Positions 37,211-47,200 of a stretch of DNA of 62,544 nucleotides are shown in pieces (positions within the stretch are counted from its first letter, which is position 1; every line of letters starts with the position of its first letter). The stretch is taken from positions 1 to 62,544 of the forward strand of contig JAVEWX010000002.1 in NCBI GenBank assembly GCA_034004335.1, written 5' to 3'. A program made the position numbers and the translations under genes. This stretch comes from Bacteroidales bacterium (GTDB taxonomy: Bacteria; Bacteroidota; Bacteroidia; Bacteroidales; VadinHA17). Below the pieces are notes generated by a model. It searched no databases. It had not been told where the DNA came from and saw only the letters and a list, made by a program, of their open reading frames with translations.

Positions 37211-38062
37211 ATGATAAACTTCGGAGGATCAGAGATCATTTATACATACAATGAGTCGGAGATAATTATTGTTCCCGTACCTTACGATTCCACGAGTACC
37301 TGGATAAAGGGGGCCGATAAGGGGCCCGGGGCAATACTTGAAGCATCCTGTAACCTTGAGTTTTATGATATCGAGACCGGCACTGAAGCCCACAGGAGGG
37401 GAATATTTACCCTGCCCCCGGTGGCTGCTGACTCAACGCCGGAGGCGATGGTTGAAACTGTAAGGGAGCGGTGTCAGAAGATTTACAATGAGAAGCGATT
37501 CCCTGTAGTGATAGGAGGGAATCATTCAGTCAGTATCGGTGCCATGAAGGCAGCTTCCATAAGCTATGATGATCTGACAATACTTCAGATAGATGCACAC
37601 GCTGACCTCAGGCAGGAATATGAGGGTTCTCCCCTGAACCATGCCTGTGTCATGGCCAGGGCGCGTGAAATGGCACCCATTGTACAGGTCGGGATACGCA
37701 GCATGAGTCTCGATGAAATTCCCTATGCCGACAGATCAAGGATGTTCTGTGCCCACGAATTGTGGAGTGACAATTTGCTTTGGGACAGAGCTCTAAGTCT
37801 CCTAACAGAAAATGTATATCTCACCATTGATCTCGATGGCTTTGACCCGGGAATAATGCCTTCAACAGGAACACCCGAGCCGGGAGGACCCCACTACCGG
37901 GATATAATGAATTTTTTACGGGAGGTTATCACCGGAAGAAACCTGGTAGGCTTTGACATCGTTGAACTCTGTCCCTCGCCTCATAACAAGGCGCCGGACT
38001 TCATGGCGGCGCGTATTCTCTACCAGATCTTGAGTTACAGGGAGTTCAAGGCTTCCCTTTAG
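37211..38062 (+). CDS. speB: Agmatinase (arginase/ureohydrolase family)
   Basis: Mn-ligand blocks GGNHSVS, DAHADLR and IDLDGFDP. Confidence 0.85.
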   Translation: MINFGGSEIIYTYNESEIIIVPVPYDSTSTWIKGADKGPGAILEASCNLEFYDIETGTEAHRRGIFTLPPVAADSTPEAMVETVRERCQKIYNEKRFPVVIGGNHSVSIGAMKAASISYDDLTILQIDAHADLRQEYEGSPLNHACVMARAREMAPIVQVGIRSMSLDEIPYADRSRMFCAHELWSDNLLWDRALSLLTENVYLTIDLDGFDPGIMPSTGTPEPGGPHYRDIMNFLREVITGRNLVGFDIVELCPSPHNKAPDFMAARILYQILSYREFKASL

Positions 38063-38825
38063 CCTCCTCCCAGATGACATTCATCTCTTCCAGGGTCATG
38101 TCATGGAGTGAGCGGCCCTTTTTGATGGTCTGCTCCTCAAGGTAACGGAACCTTTTGATGAACTTCTTGTTCGTCCTTTCAAGGGCAGCCTCGGGATCGA
38201 CATTGTAAAGCCTGGCAGCATTGATAACCGAGAAGAGCAGGTCACCGAATTCAGCCTCTGTATTTGCCTGGTCTTTTTTCCCGATCTCCTCCTTCAGTTC
38301 TCCGAGCTCTTCATCTATCTTGTCCCATATCTGGTCCCTGACCTCCCAGTCGAAACCCACTCCCCTGACCTTCTCCTGGATGCGGGTTGCCTTGACCATT
38401 GCCGGCAGCGTTCTGGGAACACCCGACAAAACAGCCTTATATTCTTCAGATTCGGTCATCTTGAGCTGCTCCCAGTTCTGAAGCACCTCCTCCGATCCGT
38501 TCACCTTCACTTCACCAAAGACATGAGGGTGCCTGTAAACAAGTTTTTTGTTTATGCCTCTCAGGACATCTCCAATATCGAAAAGACCCTTCTCGCTGCC
38601 AATCCTTGCATAAAACACCAGGTGAAGCATAAGGTCTCCCAGTTCCTTCTTAATCTCCTCATTGTCACCCTCGAGGATCGCATCAGCAAGTTCATATGTC
38701 TCTTCAATGGTAAGCTTCCTCAGCGATTCGTTGGTCTGTTCCCTGTCCCAGGGACATTTTTCCCGGAGTTCATCCATGATTTCAAGGAGTCTCCTGAACT
38801 CAGATATTCTATTGTCGTCTTTCAT
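38046..38825 (-). CDS. mazG: Nucleoside triphosphate pyrophosphohydrolase MazG
   Basis: Tandem MazG domains, CPWDREQT and EEx2E motifs. ATG 38825 (MKDDNRISEF) preferred. The 3' end overlaps the convergent speB by 17 nt. Confidence 0.85.
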   Translation of the reverse strand: MKDDNRISEFRRLLEIMDELREKCPWDREQTNESLRKLTIEETYELADAILEGDNEEIKKELGDLMLHLVFYARIGSEKGLFDIGDVLRGINKKLVYRHPHVFGEVKVNGSEEVLQNWEQLKMTESEEYKAVLSGVPRTLPAMVKATRIQEKVRGVGFDWEVRDQIWDKIDEELGELKEEIGKKDQANTEAEFGDLLFSVINAARLYNVDPEAALERTNKKFIKRFRYLEEQTIKKGRSLHDMTLEEMNVIWEEAKGKP

Positions 38826-38832
38826 AGTACTA

Positions 38833-39630
38833 TCATGTAAAAAGCCCTGTTCCACCCTGTTTGTCAGTTTCGGCAGCAATTCTCACAACGGAACCAGGCT
38901 CGAGGTCAAACAGCTCACTGACGTTGGCCCCATTTATGGCTATTTCAAGCAGGTCGAGGCTGTTAAAAAGGGCTAACAGTTCACCTACGGGAGCATCGCT
39001 GTAGAACTTGCTCAGATGGTCTACCCTGTGTCTGTTGCTCTGAATGAAGATTGAGAATCCCTTTTCACTGAAGACCCTTGAAAGGATGTCGCGGGTTATA
39101 TTGGTAATGGCATTTCCATAGGAGTCGATGAAGATAACGCTCCCGTTCACTGCATTGGAATCGATTGTTGCCCTTAGTGGGACCATCTCCCTGATGCTGT
39201 CGGCAGGGTGGCCAAGTTTGGAAGTATCGGCGCCTCCCAGTATTGCCGCGGCTGTTTTTGCAAAAAGAACCGCGTCGCCGCACTCTTCGGAGTCGTCAAG
39301 TACAATAACCATTTCAGGCTCGCTGTTCAGTATAAGGTTGAATATGCCGTTGTCGGTTCCAATGAAATAATGACCCCGGGCCTTTACGAGAAGATGTCGT
39401 GCCCTGATCCCCGATTCGGTGTTCACAGAAATCAGATGCACTGTGCCTTCCGGATAATGATGAAAGGTATTTCTTACCACGAAGGCTGCATGTGCAGTGT
39501 TGAGAGGAGGTAATCCGGATGCATTGACAATGACCTGTGCTCCGGGGCTAAGGCTCTCAATGGTACCTCTGAGAATGCCGAAGAAGTAATCATCAGCCCT
39601 CCATTCCGTCGTCAATGTGATTACCGCCAT
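38833..39630 (-). CDS. SAM hydroxide adenosyltransferase family protein (DUF62, chlorinase/fluorinase-like)
   Basis: N-terminus ITLTTEWRADDYFFGILRG and overall ~265-aa two-domain layout. Confidence 0.65.
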   Translation of the reverse strand: MAVITLTTEWRADDYFFGILRGTIESLSPGAQVIVNASGLPPLNTAHAAFVVRNTFHHYPEGTVHLISVNTESGIRARHLLVKARGHYFIGTDNGIFNLILNSEPEMVIVLDDSEECGDAVLFAKTAAAILGGADTSKLGHPADSIREMVPLRATIDSNAVNGSVIFIDSYGNAITNITRDILSRVFSEKGFSIFIQSNRHRVDHLSKFYSDAPVGELLALFNSLDLLEIAINGANVSELFDLEPGSVVRIAAETDKQGGTGLFT

Positions 39631-39758
39631 GGGGAAATTTGTTATGGCAAAGATAATCTTCTAAGGAAAAATAATCTTATTTTGTAGCACTCAAAAAAAG
39701 AATTATAACGATTGACACTATAAATAAAAGAAATCCTGAAGGTATAACATAATACCTT

Positions 39759-40718
39759 ATGATAGAAAGAATTATATATCTCGACGACATAAATCCCGTA
39801 CATTTCTTCGGGCCGAATAACTCTTTGCTCGATAGACTGACCGGACTGTTCCCCAAAATCAAGATAATGGTCCGGGGCAATGAGCTGAAATGTTTTGGCG
39901 AGGAGGAGGAACTCGACAGTTTCACCACGAAGTTCGGAAACCTGCTGGAATATTACCGAAGGTATAACCGCCTGGACGAAGAGGATATCGAGAAATACCT
40001 GTTCGATCCCTCCCATATGCAGTCAGCTTCAAATGGTGATTTCGAACAGGCACTGGTATTCGGGGCTTCAGGGAAACCAATAAGGGCACGTACCGTTAAC
40101 CAGCTTCGACTGGTAAAGGACTATTTCGCCAATGACCTGATCATTGCCGAAGGTCCTGCCGGTACCGGAAAGACCTATACTTCCATTGCATTGGCAGTAA
40201 GGGCTTTAAGAAATAATGAAGTCAGGAGGATAGTCCTTACCAGGCCTGCTGTTGAAGCCGGGGAGAGACTGGGGTTTCTACCCGGTGATGTGAAGGAGAA
40301 ACTTGACCCTTACCTTCAGCCCCTCTACGACGCACTTCATGATATGATACCTTCAAAGAAGCTTGAACTATGGACTGAGGATGGCACCGTTCAGATAGCC
40401 CCGCTGGCCTTCATGAGGGGCAGAACCCTTGAAAACTCATTTGTAATCCTCGATGAGGCCCAGAATGCTACCGTGAATCAGCTAAAAATGTTTCTTACCC
40501 GCATGGGGGCTAATTCGAAGTTTATAATGACGGGCGACACTACCCAGATTGACCTTCCGAAGCGTAGTGATTCGGGACTGTTGCAGGCTATGAATATTCT
40601 GGGAGGCATAGAGAGAATCTCCGTGATACGTTTTGATGAACGTGATATTGTAAGGCACGGGCTCGTTAAGGATATTGTCAGGGCTTATGAGGCGAATGAG
40701 AAAAAACCGGAAGGATAG
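39759..40718 (+). CDS. phoH: PhoH family ATPase
   Basis: Walker A GPAGTGKTY, DEAQN Walker B. Confidence 0.9.
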   Translation: MIERIIYLDDINPVHFFGPNNSLLDRLTGLFPKIKIMVRGNELKCFGEEEELDSFTTKFGNLLEYYRRYNRLDEEDIEKYLFDPSHMQSASNGDFEQALVFGASGKPIRARTVNQLRLVKDYFANDLIIAEGPAGTGKTYTSIALAVRALRNNEVRRIVLTRPAVEAGERLGFLPGDVKEKLDPYLQPLYDALHDMIPSKKLELWTEDGTVQIAPLAFMRGRTLENSFVILDEAQNATVNQLKMFLTRMGANSKFIMTGDTTQIDLPKRSDSGLLQAMNILGGIERISVIRFDERDIVRHGLVKDIVRAYEANEKKPEG

Positions 40719-40774
40719 ATTTAAGTGCCGGCGAGCTTTGAATAACACAGGTTAAAAGGATAATCAGACAGCAG

Positions 40775-41737
40775 ATGAGCACAGTAAAAGGAATTGATTA
40801 CAGTTTCCCCCGACAGAAGGGAATATACCGTGGCAAGGTGAGGGATGTATTCGCTATTGAGGATGATTATCTGTTGATGGTGGTCACTGACCGTATTTCC
40901 GCCTTCGATGTCGTTCTTCCAAGGGGCATACCATACAAGGGTCAGGTTCTTAATCAGATAGCTTCGAGGTTCCTGGACGCCACCTCCGACATTGTGCCAA
41001 ACTGGAAGATAGCCACTCCCGATCCCAATGTGACTTTTGGCTACAGGTGCGAGCCATATCCTGTGGAAATGATAGTCAGGGCATACCTCACAGGAAGCTC
41101 ATGGAGGACCTACAAATCGGGTAAGAGGGAGATATGCGGAGTGCAGATACCCGATGGCATGAAGGAGCACCAGAGGTTTGAGAAGCCGATAATAACACCC
41201 ACCACAAAGGCCCAGCAGGGAGCTCATGATGAAGATATCTCGCCTGAGGAAATAATAGAAAGCGGACTGGTTTCGGAGGAGGTTTACCGTCTTCTTGAGA
41301 AGTATACCATGGATATCTTCCTCAGGGGTTCAGAGATAGCCGCACAGCAGGGTCTTATCCTCGTGGATACCAAGTATGAATTCGGACACCGCGATGGGAA
41401 AATTTATCTGATGGACGAGATCAATACTCCCGATTCATCAAGGTATTTCTTTGCCGATGAGTACCAGTACCGGTTTGACAAAGGCCTTCCCCAGAAACAA
41501 CTTTCAAAGGAATTCGTGAGGGAATGGCTGATGGAGAGAAATTTTAGCGGGCAGCGCGGCCAGATAGTTCCTGAGATGCCGGATGACTTCATAAGGCAGG
41601 TATCTGACAGGTACATTGAACTTTATGAGAATATTACGGGAGAAAAATTCATAAGGGCTGACATTTCGGATATTGATACCAGAATTGAAAGGAATGTCAG
41701 GGAATTTATTACAGACTACTTGAATCTGCATGCATAA
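40775..41737 (+). CDS. purC: Phosphoribosylaminoimidazole-succinocarboxamide synthase
   Basis: Long-form PurC: [25 protein letters not shown]. Confidence 0.9.
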   Translation: MSTVKGIDYSFPRQKGIYRGKVRDVFAIEDDYLLMVVTDRISAFDVVLPRGIPYKGQVLNQIASRFLDATSDIVPNWKIATPDPNVTFGYRCEPYPVEMIVRAYLTGSSWRTYKSGKREICGVQIPDGMKEHQRFEKPIITPTTKAQQGAHDEDISPEEIIESGLVSEEVYRLLEKYTMDIFLRGSEIAAQQGLILVDTKYEFGHRDGKIYLMDEINTPDSSRYFFADEYQYRFDKGLPQKQLSKEFVREWLMERNFSGQRGQIVPEMPDDFIRQVSDRYIELYENITGEKFIRADISDIDTRIERNVREFITDYLNLHA

Positions 41738-41863
41738 AGGCTGTTTAAAAACACCTTGTCAAATATCAATTTTTTCCATATCACCGGTTTTTACTGTTGC
41801 GATAAAAACCGAAAATGATTTATTTTACTTTTCCTAAAGACCTGAAAAACCATCCTGCCAGAA

Positions 41864-42385
41864 ATGAGAATCCAGAGAGTTTCAAGGGAGAAGGAGTCTA
41901 AGGCTCCTGCCGCGCCGGTTGATCTTACCCTGATCGACGGACTGCTGAAAAAATACAAGGGCAAACCAGGCAACATGATCCCTCTCCTGCAGGGGGTACA
42001 GGCTGTTTACGGCTATATCCCCAGGGAAGTTTTCCTGAAATTGTCGCATGAGACGGGTTTGACGCTCAGTGAGATGTATGGAGTTGCAACATTCTATGCC
42101 CAATTCCGGCTCAATCCTGTCGGCAAGCACATAATCAAGGTTTGTCACGGTACCGCCTGTCATGTACAGAATGCAGACTTAATCAGTGACGCTGTCCGCG
42201 AGGCTCTGAAGATCAAGGATGGAGAGACAACCTCCGACGGCCTCTTTACTCTCGAGTCAGTAGCCTGCCTTGGTTGTTGCTCGCTGGCCCCTGTTATGAT
42301 GATAGGTGAAAGCAGCTACGGCAAACTTACAGGCAGAAGTGCAGTCAAGATCATCCGTGACATAAAGGCTGCTGAGTCGAACTAA
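41864..42385 (+). CDS. NuoE/HydC-like thioredoxin-fold [2Fe-2S] subunit
   Basis: VCHGTACH and CLGCCSLAP cysteine motifs. Confidence 0.85.
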   Translation: MRIQRVSREKESKAPAAPVDLTLIDGLLKKYKGKPGNMIPLLQGVQAVYGYIPREVFLKLSHETGLTLSEMYGVATFYAQFRLNPVGKHIIKVCHGTACHVQNADLISDAVREALKIKDGETTSDGLFTLESVACLGCCSLAPVMMIGESSYGKLTGRSAVKIIRDIKAAESN

Positions 42386-42403
42386 TCCCCTAATTCTGAA
42401 GGA

Positions 42404-44179
42404 ATGAAAACGCAAGTTATTGTTGGACTCGGAAGCTGCGGAATAGCAGCAGGAGCCGGAAAGGTTTATGATGTCCTTTTGAATATTAATAAGGAGAAGG
42501 GTGCTGATTTCTCCCTGTCCCGGACAAGTTGTATCGGGATGTGCTACAGAGAGCCGCTGGTTGAGGTTATTGATGAGCGCGGGTCGGTGATTTATGGCAA
42601 TATCGATGAGGAAAAGGCCCGGGAAATAGTTACCAGGCACCTGATAAACAAGGAGATAATAGAAGAGTGGATTGTCAGATCAGATAAGATTGCCACCAGT
42701 GATGATACCTTTTTCAGCGGTCAGATCAAGATTGCCCTGAGGAATTGCGGCATAATTGACCCTGAAAAAATCGAGGAATATGAGAAGATGGGCGGATACA
42801 AGTCCCTTGAGATGATAGCCGTGGATAAAATCCCGTCAGAAAAAGTTGTGCAGATGGTAATAGACTCGGGACTGCGGGGCAGGGGAGGAGGCGGATTCCC
42901 CACGGGCCTGAAGTGGAAGCTGACTCTCAACAGCAAATCGGATGAGAAATATATCATCTGCAATGCTGACGAAGGTGATCCCGGGGCTTTCATGGACAGA
43001 TCATTGCTGGAGGGCGACCCTCACTCTGTACTGGAGGGCATGATAATAGGAGCCTATGCCGTAAAAGCATCTGAGGGCGTCATCTACTGCAGGGCAGAGT
43101 ACCCCCTTGCCATAAAGAGGCTTAACATAGCTATAACCCAGGCCCGGGAAAAGGGCTACCTGGGGAAAAATATTGCAGGAATTACAGGGTTCAATTTCGA
43201 CCTTTTTGTCAAGGAGGGCGCCGGAGCCTTTGTTTGCGGTGAGGAAACGGCCCTGATGGCCTCGGTCGAAGGTAAAAGGGGTATGCCTTACAAGAAGCCC
43301 CCCTTCCCTGCTGAATCGGGACTCTGGCGTAAACCTACCAACATTAACAACGTTGAGACCTGGGCCAACATACCATGGATAATCTCAAACGGACCTGAGA
43401 AATACGCAGCGTACGGCACAGAGAAGAGTAAGGGAACCAAAGTTTTTGCCCTTACCGGAAAGATAAGGAGGGGCGGCCTGGTGGAGGTGCCGATGGGGAT
43501 CACCCTCAGGGAAATAATCTACGAATTGGGTGGGGGCATCCAGAATGACCGTCGTTTTAAGGCAGTACAGATGGGAGGCCCGTCGGGTGGCTGCATACCT
43601 GCCGCCCTTATTGATACTATTATTGATTATGAGTCTGTTACCTCAACCGGAGCCATCATGGGTTCCGGCGGCATGGTGGTGATGGACGAAACGACCTGCA
43701 TGGTTGACATCGCCCGGTTCTTTCTCGATTTCACATACAAGGAATCATGCGGGAAATGTACTTTCTGCAGGGTCGGAACCAAAAGAATGCTGGAAATACT
43801 GACCCGCATCTGCGAAGGTGAGGGCAAAGAATCTGATCTCGAGCTGCTCGAGGAACTGGCAGTACAGATTAAGGACAGTTCACTCTGCGGACTCGGACAG
43901 ACGGCACCCAATCCCGTGCTGACAACCCTGAAGTATTTCAGGAATGAATACCTCGAACACATTGTCAACAAAAAATGTCCCGCTGGCATCTGTACCAAAT
44001 TGCTGACATACGAGGTTGTGCCGGATAAGTGTACCGGTTGTACGGTATGCGCAAAGAATTGTCCGGTGAATGCCATCAGCGGCGAGAGAAAGCAGGTGCA
44101 CCTGATCGATCAGGCTGTATGCATAAAGTGTGGTGTCTGCTTTACCAAATGTACATTTGATGCCATCAGGAAATACTAA
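42404..44179 (+). CDS. NuoF/HydB-like NADH-FMN subunit with N-terminal Trx-like domain and C-terminal 2x[4Fe-4S] ferredoxin domain
   Basis: GRGGGGFPTGLKW (FMN), EGDPGAFMDR (NADH), SCGKCTFCR (N3 cluster), two CxxCxxCxxxCP motifs at the C-terminus. Confidence 0.9.
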   Translation: MKTQVIVGLGSCGIAAGAGKVYDVLLNINKEKGADFSLSRTSCIGMCYREPLVEVIDERGSVIYGNIDEEKAREIVTRHLINKEIIEEWIVRSDKIATSDDTFFSGQIKIALRNCGIIDPEKIEEYEKMGGYKSLEMIAVDKIPSEKVVQMVIDSGLRGRGGGGFPTGLKWKLTLNSKSDEKYIICNADEGDPGAFMDRSLLEGDPHSVLEGMIIGAYAVKASEGVIYCRAEYPLAIKRLNIAITQAREKGYLGKNIAGITGFNFDLFVKEGAGAFVCGEETALMASVEGKRGMPYKKPPFPAESGLWRKPTNINNVETWANIPWIISNGPEKYAAYGTEKSKGTKVFALTGKIRRGGLVEVPMGITLREIIYELGGGIQNDRRFKAVQMGGPSGGCIPAALIDTIIDYESVTSTGAIMGSGGMVVMDETTCMVDIARFFLDFTYKESCGKCTFCRVGTKRMLEILTRICEGEGKESDLELLEELAVQIKDSSLCGLGQTAPNPVLTTLKYFRNEYLEHIVNKKCPAGICTKLLTYEVVPDKCTGCTVCAKNCPVNAISGERKQVHLIDQAVCIKCGVCFTKCTFDAIRKY

Positions 44180-44210
44180 ATTCCAACTCAATTCAGAATC
44201 AGACCATACC

Positions 44211-47200
44211 ATGGACGAAATAAAGATAATCCTTAACGGCAGGGAGGTGGCGGCTACCAAAGGCGAGAAAATACTTGCCGTCGCTGAGAGAAATGGCATC
44301 AGCATACCGACATTGTGCAATGACAAGCGTCTGGAACCCTACAGTTCATGTTTTGTTTGTGTCGTTGAAGTAGAGGGTATGAGGGGACTTCAGCCCTCCT
44401 GCTCGACACCGGTCAGCAATGGCATGGTGGTAACAACTGACAACAACAAGATAAGAAGGGCAAGGAAAACAGCACTTGACCTTTTACTGAGCAATCACTA
44501 TGCCGATTGTCTTGGACCCTGCAGGCAAACATGCCCGGCAGGTGTCGATGTTCAGGGATATATTTCACTCATTGAGAAGGGTCAGTATCGTGAAGCTGTG
44601 GCGCTTATAAAGCAGGCAAACCCGTTACCTGCAATCTGCGGAAGGGTATGTGTCAGGCCATGTGAGGTGGCATGCCGGCGCAATCTGCTGAATGAAGGGG
44701 CACCTGTTGGTGTTGACTATATGAAACGATTTGCTGCCGACAGGGACCTGGAGGCAGATGACCGGTTCCTTCCCGATACTGAACCGCCAACAGGGAAAAA
44801 GGTGGCTATAATCGGCGCCGGACCAGGGGGATTGTCGGCAGCCTACTGGCTGCAGCAGAAGGGCCATCAGTGTGATATCTACGAGGCTGCTCCGCAGCCC
44901 GGAGGGTGGCTGCGGTACGGTATCCCCGAGTACCGACTTCCGAACGACGTTCTCGACAAGGAGATAGAGGGTATCACCGGAATAGGAGTCAACATCTTCT
45001 GCAAAAAACGTCTTGGGGACAATGTCAGTTTTGCTGACCTCGACTCAAGGTATGATGCCTTCATACTGGCCCCGGGTTCGCAGAAAGGTACCAGACTGGG
45101 TTGCGAAGGAGATGACGCCGAAAACGTGCTGCCCGGAATTGATTTTCTGAAGCAGATGGAGCTTACCGGCAAGAGACATGACTTCAGTGGCAAGACAGTT
45201 GCTGTTGTCGGGGGTGGAAATACCGCGATGGACTGCTGCCGTACCAGCATAAGGTGTGGTGCGGAAAAAGTTTTTGTTGTATACCGCAGAACCGAGAAGG
45301 AGATGCCTGCCAACCCCATTGAGATTCATGAATCGAAACTTGAGGGGGTCGAATATATGTTTCTGACCAATCCGGTGAGAGTCAACAAGGATGCTTCGGG
45401 AAGGGCTGGAAGCATGACCCTTATAAGGATGGAGCTTGGTGAACCCGATGCTTCAGGCCGGAGAAGACCGGTTGAGGTTCCCGGTTCGGAATTTGAAATG
45501 GAGATTGATTTCATCCTTGCAGCTATCGGACAGAAGACTGACCTCAATTTTCTCGATGATATAAATGGTGTGACCAGGAAGGGCATGCTGAAGGCAAACA
45601 AATATGGTGACATTGACGCTGACCCCGGCACACTGAGGACCGGAGTGGAGAATATCTTTGCTGCTGGCGACAGCGTAAGCGGGCCTGCTACCATTATCGA
45701 GGCCATAGCACAGGCACAGATTGCTGTACACAGCTGCCATAACTACCTGTTGGGCGCCGATGTTGTACCACCCTCCAGGGTTTTCTACAGCAGGAAGGAG
45801 AACTTCAGGAAACTTTCGAGCACCGACTATGCAGGGAGATTCGTGCCTCAGACACGTCAGGAAATGCCTGTGCTGGAGCCAGCAAAAAGGATGAACTTCA
45901 ATGAGGTGGAGCTCGGCTATGCTGATGAGAAAATTGTAAAGCAGGAGGCCAACAGGTGTCTTGAATGCGGGTGTACTGCCTTTTTTGACTGCGATCTGCA
46001 GAGGGTAGCTACCGAATACGCTGCCGACCAGACCCGCTTTTCGGGTGAGTTTAATGCCTTCGATGTGGATTTTTCCCATCCCTTCATCGAATTCGACCGC
46101 AACAAATGTATTCTATGCGGTAAATGCGTACGGATATGCCACGAGTATGTGGGAGCCGATGCCCTGGGCCTTGTAAACAGGGGATTCGTTACATATGTTA
46201 GTCCCGATCTTGACGGTTCATTGCGCGATACCAACTGCGAAACCTGCGGTATGTGTATATCGGTTTGTCCGACAGGGGCATTGATGGAGAATTACAAGTT
46301 TAAACCGGGCCCGGTTGAATCAGTGCCGCTGAAGGTTGTCGACTTCTTTGGTTCAGAAGGTTGCGAGTATAATCTTTTTACACGGTCAGGCTTCTTCTTT
46401 GGCGCCGACGGCTCTGAGGGAATGGTTAACAGCGATGGCAGTATAGGGCGACAGCAGCGTTTCGGGTATAACGTGCTTAATCGTCTTAACCGGATCACAA
46501 AACCCCTTGTTAAGGTAGACGGTGAGTTCAGGGAGATAGGATACGATGAGGCGTTGAGGATGATGGCGGGTAAGATCAGAAGTGTTGAGCCTGATGAAAA
46601 CCTGTTCATTGCAGGTGCGCGTCTTTCCAATGAGGAATTATACCTGGTCCAGAAGATTGCCCGTGCCGCGGTTAAAACGAATAATGTAGGCTCATTCCAT
46701 TACATGGGAAGATGTCACGGTTATCTCAACTCCTCGGCCAATAATGTTCCTTTCAGTGAACTAAGCGGAGCCTCAGCCTTCTTTGTTGTAGGCGCGGAGA
46801 TGACGGAAGACAATCAATATGTCGGTTTCCTGGTTAACAATACCCGGTTCAGAAAAGCTGTTCCGGTGAAGCTCTTCACCGATAAGCCGGAAAGCACCAT
46901 GCGCCATAAGGCAAGTGAGGTAATGACAGTTAAATCCTACTATAGCCTGATAATGGCTGTCAACTGCTATCTTGTTGACAATAAAATGTATAACAAGATG
47001 TACATCGACGATCATTGCGATGACTTTGAGGAATATATTTCCTCACTGAAGAAGCTGAACTTCAAGAGACTTGTTAAAGCTGCGGGTGTCACTGAAGAGG
47101 TCATAGCAGGATTTGCAACAGCTCTGACCTCCACTCACAATCCCGTCATAATATTCAGCGAGAAGGAGGTTTGCCCCGACACGGCCGTTGAAATCAGAAA

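Noticed and set aside
41785-41811. Hairpin upstream of the flavoprotein cluster as a riboswitch
   Set aside because: The spacer is only 126 nt, with a single simple AT-rich stem and no conserved riboswitch core motifs that I recognise.
44130-44210. 27-codon extension of the large fusion gene overlapping the NuoF-like gene
   Set aside because: The conserved NuoG-type N-terminus begins at MDEIKIILNG (ATG 44211), 31 nt after the upstream stop. The extension has no conserved features.
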